From Mobula hypostoma (lineage: Eukaryota), in assembly GCF_963921235.1 (NCBI RefSeq), contig NC_086108.1, positions 89,282,001 to 89,346,000 on the forward strand: DNA of 64,000 bases, written 5' to 3'. Of the stretch, positions 50,785-63,270 are shown piece by piece (position 1 is the stretch's first letter; the number at the start of each line of letters is the position of its first letter). A program made the translations under genes and the position numbers. The notes beneath the pieces are model-generated. The model had not been told where the DNA came from. It saw only the letters and a program-made list of their open reading frames with translations, and searched no databases.

Positions 50785-52320
50785 TAGAATCAGATTTAAT
50801 ATCACTGGCATGTGTCATGAAGTTTGTCATTTTGCAGCACCAGTACATTGCAATACATAATAATAAAAACCTATAAATGACAATATGAAATACATTAAAA
50901 AATTAAATAAGTAGTGCAAAAACTGAGGTAGTGTCCAAAGGTTCAGTGTGCATTCAGAAATCTGATGGCAGAGGGGAAGAAACTGTTCCTGAAACACTGA
51001 GTGTGTGTTTTCAGGCTTCTGCATCTCCTCCTTGATGGTAGCCGTGAGAAGAGGGCATGTCCTGGGTGATGGGGGTCTTTAATGATGGATGCTGCTTTTT
51101 TGAGGCATCACGCTTTGAAGGTCTCGTCAGTGCTGGGGAGGCTCGTGTCCATGATGGAGCTGGCTGAGTTTATAGCTTTCTGCTGCTTTTCCGATCCTGC
51201 GCAGTGGCCCCTCTGTTCAACTTCTCCATGGTACACCCGCAGAAACTTGCAGAAGTCTTTGGTAACATACCAAATCTCCTCAAACTCTTAATGAAATATA
51301 GCCACTGCTGTGCCTTCTTTGGAATTCCATCATTATTTTGAACCCAGGATAGATCCTCAGAGATGTTGACACCCAGGAACTTGAAACTGCTCACCCTTTC
51401 CATTTCTGATCCCTCGATCAGGACTGGTGTGTGTTCCCTCGACTTCTCCGTCCATGGTCAATTCCTTGGTATTACTGATATTGAGTGCAAGGTTGGTGTT
51501 GTGATAAACACTCATCTAGTTGATCTATCTCGCTCCTGTACACCTCTGCCAGCTCCATCTGAAACTCTGCCAACAACAATTGTCTCATCTTCGTTTATAG
51601 ATGACATTTGAGCTGTGCCTAGTCATAGAGTGGTGGGTGAGGAGAGTAGAGCAGTGGGTGATGCTTGCATCCTTGATTGTCAGTGAGGAGGTGATGTTAT
51701 TTCCAATTTCTATGGACTGTGGTCTCCCAGTGAGGAAGTCAAGGATCAGTTGCAGAGTGAGATACAGAGGTACAGCTTTTGGAGCTTGTTGATTAGTATC
51801 AAGTGTATGATTGTGTGGAACACTGAGCGGTAGTCAATAACAGCAGCCTGACATAAGTATTGCTATTGTTCAGGTGACTCAAAGCTGAGTTGAGAGCCAG
51901 TGAGTTTGAGTCCACTGTAGACTCGTTGTGGCAATAGGCAGACTCCAGCGGGTCCACGACCATGCTTGGGCAGGATTTGATTCTAGCCATGACCAGCCTC
52001 TCAAATCACTTTGTCACAGTAGGTGTGAGTGCCACTGGGAATAGTCTTTTTGAGTCAGCTCACCTGCATTTCTTGGGTATTGCTATGATTGTTGCCCTTT
52101 TGAAACAGGTGGAAATCTCTGACTGCATCAGTGAGAGATTGAAGATGTCTTTGAACATTCCAGCCAGCTGGTTGACTCAGGTTTTCAATGCCCTACCAGG
52201 TCCATTATCAGGGCCTGACAGTTTTCAAGGACTTTTGAAAGATGTACTGATGTTGGTCTCCAAGACAGAGAACTCAAGATCACCAGATGCTTCAGGAATC
52301 TGACCAAGTCTAGTTCTATT
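50785..52320 (-). mobile_element. Rex1/Babar LINE remnant
   Basis: ERVSSFKFLGVNISEDLSW, AQQWLYFIKSLRRFG and ALSHL...TYVRLL, with an (ATTCTG)-type tail at ~50785. Confidence 0.8.
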
Positions 52321-53010
52321 CTGTGATTTCTCGATGAGATTTCAGGGGGAGAAACTGGACATAAATCAGACCGCTACAGTCTTCGGTTTCGATTGTCTCT
52401 CTAATTGAGTAATGGTTTCCCCAGCTAATATGTGAAATGAAAAAACAATCCCAATTTATCAGGTATTTTCATCTTCTTCGAAGGCAGACATTCTTTTAAG
52501 ATGTGGATTCAAGCACAATGTAGGAACTGACTAAAATGAGCTCTTCTCTGCTTGTAACTTTTCCAAACCTGACAACCAGGCATTAGCTGGTGATTTTTAG
52601 ATCTGAAGTGAATGCATTACTTCCCTCAATATGTAGTTTGGTTGCTGGGAAAACCGCCCCTGCTAACCTGGAGTATCTGAGCTAATGGACCCAATGTAAA
52701 ACCAACAATGAAGCATGCCAGACTCATAAGAGAAAATCTCAACAGTGATCATTAATTCTTCAGTGAAGATAAAAGGACAATCAAATGTAGATCCTAATAG
52801 CCTTTTGCACCAATAAAGAAATTGTAAAATATGGGTCAGTATTAAATGTGTCAGGAAGTCAAAGCTCTAGACTCAAAAAAACGAATGTGGAAAACTAGTC
52901 ATCAGTAATTCTGTTACCTAAGAATTGTGTATCCAGCACAACAAGGAATTGTTATATAAGAAGATATGGAAAGCCATTTCTGGAAGAATGAGGTAAAATT
53001 GCACATCTCA

Positions 53011-53682
53011 GGATTTAATGATGAGGCTTTATAAGGCACTAGTCAGACTGCACTTACTGTAAGCAGTTTGGGGCCCTTTATCTAAGAAAGGATATGTTGG
53101 CTTTAGAGAGGTTCCAGAGGAGGTTCACAAGAATGATTCCGGGGGAAAAAAAAGCTTATGTGTCAGGAGCATTAGATGACCCTGGGCCTGCACTTAACGG
53201 AGTTTTGAAGAATGAGGGAGGGATCTTATTGAAACGTACTGAACATTAAAAGACCCTAGATAGAGTGGATGGGGAGAGGATGTCTCCTATAGAGGGGGAG
53301 TCTAGAGCCAGAGTGCATAGCCTCAGGATAGATGGATGTTCCTTCAGACCAAGAGTTATGCCATGGATCTCTAACATTAACCAAGGGGTCCATGAACCCC
53401 AGGTTAGGGACCCCTGCTTTAAACAGAGATGAAGAGGAATTTCTTTAGCTGAAGGGTGATGAATCTGTAGAATTCATTACCACAGATGGCTGTGGAGGTC
53501 AAGTCAATGGGTATACTTAAAGTGGAGGTTGATAGTTTCTTGATTAGTAAGGACGTCAATGGTTATGGGGAGGAGGCAGGAGATTGGGATTGAGAGGGAT
53601 AATAAATCAGCTATGGTTCAATGGTAGAGCAGACCCAATGGGCTGAATGACCTGATTCTGTTCCTAAATCTTATGGTTTTAT
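53011..53682 (+). mobile_element. CR1 3' fragment with a short hAT-like insert (~53350-53415)
   Basis: MRLYKALVRLHL, tail AATCTTATGG. The insert ends GGTTAGGGACCCCTG. Confidence 0.75.
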
Positions 53683-53734
53683 GAAAAAACAGTTCTCTGT
53701 AATCCTGCAACGACAAAGACACTGTATGAATCGT

Positions 53735-53986
53735 TTTTGTGTTATTTAATATTTCGGTAATATTTGAGTAATATTGTAAATACAGTATATTGTTTGATTA
53801 GGCATTCTTTGTTTACATAATTCATTACAGGTTATATGTAGAAGTATGCGAATGGCATACGTCATCATGCCACCAAATCAGAAGTGCTCCCCTCACTTAA
53901 AGTAAAAACAAAACTAAGCACACACATCTCCCAGCTCCGTGTTTTATTTCAATTAGTTTTATGTTTTGGAGTTATAAAACATAATA
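53735..53986. mobile_element. Possible short solo LTR
   Basis: ~250-bp insert that splits a local tandem duplication; termini are degenerate. Confidence 0.35.
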
Positions 53987-54448
53987 GTGTATCCAGGCCA
54001 ACAATGAATTCTTGTACAAGTGGATATGTATAGCTGTTACTGGAAGAATCAGATGTAATTGCACATCCGATGCCATGAAAAATATAATGCTATGCCAGCA
54101 GCCCACCAACAGGATCTATTTATGTAACCAGCATACATCTTGTACAAGCCCACATTAACACCCGCATCAGAAGAAGGCACGGAAAAATAATGCTTCTACT
54201 AATCATTTAACATTATTTTGATTAAAAATTAACCTTTGGAATGCTCATGCCTGAAATCACTGCCTCACATCCAGCAAAACCAAAGGTCAACCTGACAGAA
54301 TAACAGGGAATTGAAAGCAATCTCAAAGACTATCTTAATGAACAATTAAATAGAAAGGGAGTTGGGAAGAGCTCTATAAATTTATCTTATATTAAATATC
54401 ATGTTCAAAATGAAAAATGCATTTCTTAAGAACTCATATCATACGAAC

Positions 54449-54634
54449 CATGGCTGCAGGTCCAGCAAATGCCAAGCTAAGCAACATGAGAAAGGGGATG
54501 ATTTCCTGAGAGGGTTCAATATACGGCATGCTGAGTGTCCTGTCATGGCAGTTGAAGCCTGAGCGAACGGGTTTGAAGACATCTGTGAGCTCCAGGAAAT
54601 ATAGACTGACAATTGAGGAGGCCAGTATCGGCAG
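54449..54634 (-). CDS. PLPPR4: PLPPR4 coding exon (second coding exon), 186 nt
   Basis: tttcctcag|CTG CCG ... GCC ATG|gttcgt. Reads [62 protein letters not shown]. Confidence 0.96.
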
Positions 54635-57168
54635 CTGAGGAAAGGAAGTGAGAAAAGGTACCAAGTATATAAGCAAGCAACTTACTCTGGAAAACAAAAT
54701 AAAGCTATTGAAACACTACAAACTAAATAATTTACCTTTCATTTGTTACGTGTATTAACATTCAGTTATTTACCACCATCAGGACCCATCAGGGATAAAG
54801 GATTTAATAAATATATCATAATGTGCCAAGACATAGTGTATAAATACTAAGTTGTATCTTATAATAATAACTTAAGATGATCTCAGAATATGATAGACTA
54901 CTCTGTATATTGAAATGTACTAATATATTTGAATGATTGTGATACACTTTAAGAAATATAATTATCAAATATATGGAGGAAGCATCAAAAACAAAACAAG
55001 AATGCTGCAATTCGAAACCACAGACTAGTATCATTTATTTTGTCAAACTCCTTATAACTTTAGTGATCCATTGTAGGAGTCAACCTTTTGATTTTTGTTT
55101 TACCAGCAATGATCATGCTAAACAAGCTATGTCATTGTCAGTAAAATAGTTACATTATGGAAAAGAAGCATAGATTTTCTTAAATAAATCTAGCAGAGGG
55201 AAGTCATAATTATTAAAATGTTGAGACCTTTTTGATGGAGAAGTTTGAAGAATTTTTTTCGACTCTCAGGATTATGGAAGGTGGAACATTTTACAGGGCA
55301 CATGTTGAGTCACTGACGCAGTTAAGCTGCTGAAGTATTCGAAAGTAAAGCACAGAATGCATCAAAAGTAAGGATAGATCTGTCTAAGCAGTTAGTAAAT
55401 AATCAATAGGATGGGCTGATTGGCTAACGTGTGCATTAATTCTGTGAATCTGAAACTAAACGCAATTACTGATCTAGCATTAAAAGAGTGCTTTGTAGAC
55501 TGATTTAAAAAATTCTATGCCAAATATTTTTATTAGTTAGTTTGAGACTTTTTTAAGCATCCTAGGTTTGAAAATTTCAAAATCCAGTAAAAGAGAATAA
55601 AATATGCAATATTAATGTTTCAAGGTTTTTCAGTAGTTTTCCATTGAAAACAAATCTAACAAGCTAACAACAGGAGTTGTCAGGGAAGCTCCACATCAGT
55701 CACCAGCAGCAATACTAAACTAATTTATGGAACAACAGAACAATTGCATCCGTAATGAAGTCTTTTTCTTTGTCAGCATCATGACCACCTCCGTATTTCA
55801 TTAACACCATAAGCAGGGAAGCTAATTTCAACCTGGTGATTTTAATTTCCCTCAGAGGAAGAGAGTCACATATTTTTTCATATTGCCAAATGCCCAGACA
55901 AGGTGTTATAAGCAAATTATTAGCCTTCAAAGAATGTGTTTCTATCAGTTTTACTCCTTGTATTTTGGAGACAAGTTAATGAATCCTAAGTGAGAAACAC
56001 AAAGTTATTTTTCTTCTCTCTCAGGTTTTTCAAGACACAAAGGCATGTTGCTCCTACTTCCAGTTATTACAATGTTCAGGGATTTCACAGCCATTAAAAC
56101 TTACTTTTTATATGCTTCTTCCCTTTTTCACCATTATCTTTGCATTTTTAATCTTTCTCCACCATAATCCTGGGGGTTATTCAGGAACTTACTGACTCTG
56201 GGAGAGGTACATGAACACATTCTAAATATTATGGGATGAATCCGTACATAGTTTTGCATTTTTCTAGATGGATCAAAAAAGGCCTTTCCCTACCCCTTAT
56301 GAATACTCTGTCTTTAATTTTTTACCACTTTTGTTGGGAGATTATTGACCTGAAATACCAACCTGAATATTTCTGTCTTTTTCCATTTATTTATTTATCT
56401 GAACTTGAGACATAAAAAAGACAACCAACTCTCAAATTATCTTCAATGGCTATCAGTCAATGCAGAGTATGTTAGCTTTGTTGTTCAACATTGAAGTTCC
56501 TCTCCTGTTATCCACAATGAAATTAAGGCAAAGACCCACAGGAATTTTGGGAATTATGATGATGTATTTTTCCCTCACAGAGTTGACAATGTAGTCTGTT
56601 ATGCTGGATACAGTGAGAAAATCAAAGGATATGAATCACCAAGTCATTTAGAAATGTATTTTGCTCCTTCTCATAACAGCTATGCAGAATTCTATCAGAA
56701 CTGATCAGTTTTCTTTCTCCTGTTCAGCCAGCAGCAAAATGGACCTTGTTCACTCTGATAGTCAAACCGTAGCCTGCAGATAATAAAGACAAAACTGAGG
56801 ACAGCAGCCAATTGAAAGGCATATTTACTTCTGCAGTGAGGACACCAAGTCAATAATACTGTCAAGAAAGATTGAATGCAGTGCTGACCACCCATGCTTA
56901 CTCTGTAAGGGTAAAAGGCATTTTCAGTTATAGATTTGCAGCTCCCATACTGAGTAATGGCATTTGGCTGTACAGGTCCAAGGAAGTGATTGATTTAGCT
57001 TGAAAAGTGTGGGTATATCATATAATTAGAATGTACTTGTCAACATCAGTAATACTTGTGCTCTGCGAAGAAAATTCACCCAATCAGAAAATATTGCAGG
57101 TCTGTTTGGTGAAAAAAAATTCAAATCAATGATCAAGGGCAAATTTATTCAGCATATACCTTTAAATG

Positions 57169-57942
57169 TACAGTGGATTCCAGTTAACTGAGACACATCA
57201 GGACACATTTTGGCCCAATTAGGCAGCTACCCCAATTAGCAAAAGTTTCATGGAAATAGTTAAAAAGGTATGAAAAAAAACTAAGCAACTAAATATGCAC
57301 AGTCCCTGATGAAGATGGCAGAGTTGGTCATCGAAACATTGGTTATAATTGATATTTGTACCCGGCTGGAAGCCTAAGAAGAATTTATTCATCATACATG
57401 CTGGGAAGGCACTAGATCATTTTTCAAATACGTACAGTATTCAAATGTAATACAGAACAAATAACAACACTACAAAAATACTACAGCACTATAAAACTGT
57501 GTATTGATTTGTAACAGTTCTTGACAAACATATGCTGCCATTTTCTTTTGATTGACTGTAAAAGAACAAAATTGCACAGACACCTAATACAGATAATGGA
57601 CTGCCTTCGTACAACGCTATCAACAATTCCATCCTCCAAATCTTTATGTTCATTGTAAAACTCAAGATGATTATCCATATTTCAAATTCTTCATAGTTCC
57701 TAATGTATTGAAGTAGTGAAATTGTTTCATTTTTACTCCTGGTCATTTCTGGCATCTCTAAACTTGAGTACTTGGAAACCGCAGTGAGCAAGAGTTTGAA
57801 TTCTCTTACTGCTTATTTATTGCCAACTATCAGTGACATGGTGGCCTAAATAAACAAATGAAATCCTGTCAATTTTGTCGATTAGTTTTTGTTGTTTATT
57901 TGTCCCAAATAAGCAGCTGTCCCAATTAACTGGAATCCACTC
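57169..57942. mobile_element. Tigger/pogo-like non-autonomous DNA transposon
   Basis: TA + TIR CAGTGGATTCCAGTTAACTGAGACA (57171-57195) versus TGTCCCAATTAACTGGAATCCACTC (57918-57942), 22/25 match. Internal minus-strand AHCGF and an acidic tail remnant. Confidence 0.75.
57302..57345 (+). ncRNA. Minimal hammerhead ribozyme motif (Penelope-type)
   Basis: CUGAUGA (57306-57312), extra A, stem II GAUGGC/GUCAUC, then GAAAC (57333-57337). Stem III reads ACAU instead of ACGU. Confidence 0.65.
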
Positions 57943-58559
57943 TGTTCGGATTTTGTTGTGGTATGCTAGTCAGGGCGTGACATGCAACAAAACAAAACAA
58001 CATTTAATAATTATAAAGAATTATATATGAAAAGAATTATATACAGTATACATTAAAAAGCTAATAAGGTTAGATGTTAAAGGATAAATATGGAGTAGAA
58101 TGCACATAGATAAATATCAGCATGTACTTACATTGTAAACATTACGAGAAGTAATTAGAAATGTATACAGTGCAGATAAGTAAAATCAATCTCCAACAGT
58201 TTGTTCCAGGATGCTGGATTCAAATGTACTAAACTTACACAAGGCATGCTAACAAACGATATTTAAAACTGATCTACAGAAAGAGACCTCAGTTAGGCAG
58301 ACAAATGGTGGGTTTAAGAACTATGTTAAAGGAGAAGGGGACAGCTTTGGTGTGGGGTAATTAAAATCAGCACAGAAACAGTACCCCACAAGTGGAGGAC
58401 AGCACATTACTTGCTATGCTTCATGGGATGAAAACGTTTCAGGGATAGTGTTGGGGTGTAGACTGGAGCAATCTTGGAGTTCAGGGGAAAGGTTCTGCAG
58501 TGTCATGGTGAGGAATCCAAAAGGATAAGTTTTTTTCAAGAGGAGAGCTATTTTTAATT

Positions 58560-59870
58560 TATTTTTTGGATTTGGGCATCATTAGCAAGCCTGGCTTTTA
58601 TTACATTTCCTAAGTCAGCCTTGACAAAGGGGTGGTAAGTGGCCTTCTTAAGCAACTTCAATCCTTGTATTTAGTGGTTCCCCCGCAATGCGGTTGGGTA
58701 ATAAGTTTCAGGCTTTAGGCCCAGTGATAAAGAAGGGTCAGCAATATATTTCCTAGTTGTTATAATATGTGACTTGGAGAGGAACTTGTAGGTGATGGTG
58801 CTCCCATGTACCTCCTGCCTATGGCTTTCTTGGTCATAGAGGCTGGAGTTGGGAGATGCTGGCAGGACATCCTGGGTAAGCAACTGCACTGCATTTTGTA
58901 AATATCACACACTGCAGCCCTGGTGGACTAACAGTGGAGAGAATAGAAGTGTAAACTGGTAGATTGGGTGACATTCAAGCAGACTACATTGTCCACGGTG
59001 GAGTGAAGCTTCTTGAAAGTTGTTGGTGAATAAATCATGAATGAAGAATGGAGAGTTTGAAAGAGCTAGATCATCCATCACATTGCCGACTTATGTGGAA
59101 AGGCCTTGTGACGTCACGAGGTGAGTTACTCACTAAAGCATGTCCAGGCTCTGACCTTCTTTTATACAGCTGGTTCATCTGAGTATCTGGTCCATGCGTT
59201 CCCACCCTTGGGTCCACAAACCCCTTGCTTGATGGTATTGATCCGTGGCATAAAAATAATTGACAGCCCCTGCCAGGGTGATTGATGGTTGTGTATGAAG
59301 AAATGGCGATGTCAATGAACGTTAAAGTTAGGTGTATCATTTATCAAGGAATTGCAAATAGAATTGAACATTGAGTAACCATCAGCCGACATCCCCATTC
59401 CTCACGTTGTGATGGAAGGAATGTTGTTGATAAAGCAACTAAAGAGGTTTGGGCTTAAGGCACTACCTTACGGTACTCTTACAGTGATGTCCTGGGGCTA
59501 GAATGATTGACTTCATCAACCGCAACCATTTTCTTTCTTCAAGTTATAACTTCAACAACTTGACTGCTTCCCTGCTGATGGCCATTGGCTTCAGTTTCAC
59601 TCTAGATAAAATACCTGATTAAATGTTGTCAAGGGTAGACAAGAGTTGTCACTGATGTCAAGAGTAGACATTCTTATTTGTTCCTCCCTGTATCCTACTA
59701 TGCTACCACCGCGGGTCAGTCTGCTCTGCCAGTGAGCCAAGAGGTCGCCAAGGATTTTGATGAAGGAACCTGGCATTCTGTCCATTAGATACCATCTTAC
59801 AAGTATAGATATGCCAGGTTGTTGCCTGACTAGCATATGGGACATCGTTACGAGTTTAGGCACCGACTCT
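58560..59870 (-). mobile_element. Old non-LTR retrotransposon remnant, family uncertain; related piece at ~23800-24300
   Basis: Sequence blocks shared with 23830-24300; no intact ORF. Confidence 0.35.
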
Positions 59871-61119
59871 CAAATGTTTGAGAGGAGGACTTGGGGGGTC
59901 AACTAAGGGCTGGCAATTTTGGTGTATCACAATTGGTGCTTTTGTTTAATAGGCACTGGTCATTCTCAAATTGCAGATCTGCAAACAACATAGAATGCAA
60001 TGCCAAAGCCTGCTTGTAGGAGCTTAACTCAACTCCCAGTTTGTTTAAGGATATAAGAAAGAAAAGCAGAATAGCCCATCCATTCTCTTGAGCGTGCAAT
60101 GTCATTTTTCAGAATCAAGTTCAATCTCTGATTTGAATTCACTTTCCCTTTCAATCCCTACATCCTTTTACAGCATTCCACTGCTCTTCATAAGGCCATT
60201 TGTACGAATACAAACATATATTAGTTTACTCATTTCATTTATTTTTATGATTTAAAGTTTAACAGTTTTTGTAAGAGACCAGCATTGTGTTGATGGGAAT
60301 GTGAGAAGAATAGAATAAAATTATTATTGGATTAGTGTAAATGGTCCCTATTAACCTATAGAAACATATATAGAAAACCTACAGCACAATACAGGCCCTT
60401 CTGCCCACAAAGTTGTGCCGAACATGTCCCTACCTTAGAAATTACTAGGTTTACCCATAGCCCTCCATGTACCTATCCAAAAGTCTCTTAAAAGACTCTA
60501 TTGTATGTCGTTGGAATATGGGAGGAAACCAGAGCACCCGGAGGAAACCTACATGGTCATGGGGGAGAACGTACAAACAGCTTAGAGGCAGTGGAAGAAT
60601 TGAACCTGGGTCACTGGTACTGTAATAACATTACACTAAGTGCTAACCTACAATGCTGTTGTATGACACTATTTTACAACCTAACTATTTTTGCAAGCTA
60701 GAGCAACAAACCGAGTGCTTAATGAACATAGCGGATCTGCAGCATCTGTGGGAGGAAAGAAACTGTCATCCTGAAGGCGGCTGAACTGAGGATGAAATCC
60801 CTCAGCCCACCTGGAAAGAATTTTGATTGACTGATCAGTTCCCTTAGCAACCATGCATGCCAAGGACTTTCTGCTGTTTCCATTGCCCACAGTTGCCATG
60901 GTGCAACTTAACACAAGCACCTAACACAAGCTGCAAAACACGTACTTCTGCTTATATTCCACAGTTATACTCCCTCTTTCCCGACAGATTTTTTTTTTAT
61001 CAATTTTGATTTCAAATGAAAATAGCACAGAAGCTGCTGGAAAATTCACATTGACAGTAACTGAAGGCAAAAATTCTGACAAGATATATATCAAAAATGT
61101 CAAGACTAATCTCAGAGCT

Positions 61120-61780
61120 TCCTCTACATTGGTGAGACCCAACATAGATTAGGGGATGGTTTAGTCAATCACCTTCACACCGTCTGCCACGAAAGATGGG
61201 ATTTCCCAGCGGGCACCCCTTTCAATCCGACTTCCCATTCTGACATGTTGGCCCATAACCTCCTCTACTGCCACAAAGGAGCTACACTTAGGGTGGAAGA
61301 GCAAAACCTCATATTCTGTCCAGAAAGCCACTAGCCTCCAACCTGATGGTATGCGCATCTATTTCTCAAACTTCTGGTAATCTCTCCCCTCTCCTCCTCC
61401 TCTCTTTTTCCATTAACCATTATGGTTACTCTCTCATCCATTTTCTTCTTGTTACCTGCTCATCACCTCCCCCGGTACCCTACCTCCTTTTCTTTTTTTT
61501 CCATGGTTCACTGTCCTCTCTTATCAGATCCCTCCACAGCTCCTCACCTCTTCCACACATCCCCTCCCAGCCTCTTACTTAATCTTGCCACCCCACCCCC
61601 ACCTGGTTTCTCCTATCACCTGCCAGCCGTAATTCTTCCCCTCAACCCATATTCTTATTCTGGCTTCTTCCCACTTCCTTTCCACCGCTGATGAAGGGTT
61701 TCAGCCTGAAACATTGTCTGTTTATTCTCCTCCAGAGATTCTGCCTGACCTGCTGAGTTCTTCTAGAATGTTGTATGCAT
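61120..61780 (+). mobile_element. Penelope-like 3' fragment: GIY-YIG endonuclease remnant, pyrimidine tract and decayed hammerhead
   Basis: LYIGETQHRLGD...NHL...FN..SHSDM...EEQNLIF from 61122. CUGAUGA-AGG..CCU-GAAAC at 61688-61712. Confidence 0.82.
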
Positions 61781-61919
61781 CTCTCAAGCTTTGCCTGCTT
61801 AGGTTAATACTTACAATGCAAAACGGTGTTTTCAAGAGTTGAGAAATAAAGTGCACAAACTAGTTAGCCTCTGTGAGAATTGTTCAGTCCCTGATAAATT
61901 TTATATGTAATCATAAAAA

Positions 61920-62430
61920 ATGTAGCACATGAACAGGTCACCTCATTCATGCTGACCATGACGCCTATCAACACTAATCCTATTTGCCTGCGTTAGACCT
62001 GTATCTCTCTTCTCTTGCCCAAGCATCTGTACAAAATGGATTTCAAATGCTTTGATTGTACAAACCTCCAACACCTCCTCTAACTGTTTGTTCCAAGTAG
62101 TCAATATTCTCAGCGTGGAACAATCTATCCCTCCGCTTTCCTTTAAATTTTTCTGCTTACCTTAATCTTGTGTCATCAGTTCTAGACTCTCCTGCCCTGG
62201 GATAAAGATTCTGACTTTCCATCCAATTTATCCCCTCCATAATTTTATAAACTTTTTTAATGTGATCCTTCAGCCTTCTGCCAGTAAGGATCAACCCAGC
62301 CAATCCAGCTTCTTCTGCATTCTATTTCCGCCACATCTCTCCTGTTGAGTGGTGACTCGAACTGTACATAATACTTTAAGTGATGTCTAATCAATGTTTT
62401 TGTACAACTGCAATATGACATTGAAGCTTT
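61920..62430 (-). mobile_element. Old CR1 3' remnant, likely continuing at ~63290-63700
   Basis: KTLIRHHLKYYVQFESP..RRDV (ORF 62257..62502). Confidence 0.55.
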
Positions 62431-62436
62431 GGACAT

Positions 62437-62645
62437 TACCTCCCTTTTTTTAAAATATAGTATTTCTGTTTTTGCACATTTTAAAAAATCTATCAAACAC
62501 ACGTAATTGGTTTACTTGTTTATCTATTATTATGTTTTATTTTTCTCTCTCTCTGCTAGATTATGTGTGGCATTGAACTGCTGCTGCTAAGTTAACAAAT
62601 TTCACATCCCATGCCAGTGATAATAAACCTGATTCTGATTCTGAT
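62437..62645 (+). mobile_element. Rex1-like 3' tail
   Basis: GCCAGTGATAATAAACCTGATTCTGATTCTGA, the reverse complement of the tail at ~50785-50850. Confidence 0.6.
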
Positions 62646-62674
62646 TTCCATACTTAATGACTCAGTCTATGTAG

Positions 62675-63270
62675 GTTCCGAGGTTGTCAAGCCGAGAAAT
62701 GGTAGTGGGGACAAGCTCCCACTACCTAAAAGTGCTCCTCACAGCATGCACCTCAAATAGCCCCTGACAACCAAGTCCAACTCCTGGCCTTCTCATGTGG
62801 CTTAGCCTCTGAGCCTGGTGGAACTGTTTCTACTGACAGGAGAAGGGGCGAAGGCGGATCCTGGCGCCTTAAAACCAGTGCTTCGGGTAGATGGAGCTCG
62901 TCAGCCTGGGAAAGCAGTCCATCTAAGAGAGGGAAATCTCAGATTTCAAACCTCCACTGCCTTGCGGCCGTGCCCACTCATGAGAAAGGCTTTGGGAGTA
63001 AATCCTGAGGTCAAATCCGGAGCTGGAGTCCCTAAGACAGTCCGACGTTGCTTTTAGCCTTGCTCTGGCATCTCCTGCGACGTCACTGGTGCCAAGCTGT
63101 ATCGGCCCTTGCCCTTCACTTAGACAACATCGGTGATGTGGTGAGCGGAGACTTGCTGCTTGGGCAACTGCCCGTCTTCCATACAACCTTGCCCAGACCT
63201 GCGCCCTGGAGAGACTGAAGCAAGACTTTCCAGGCACGGATCCATGGTCTCACGAGACTTAACGGATGCC
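62675..63270 (+). mobile_element. Non-autonomous GC-rich retroelement sharing its 3' ~190 nt with the split SINE
   Basis: About 63076-63270 aligns in reverse complement with 8214-8232 plus 3823-3980. The 5' part has no tRNA head and carries several hairpins. Confidence 0.65.
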
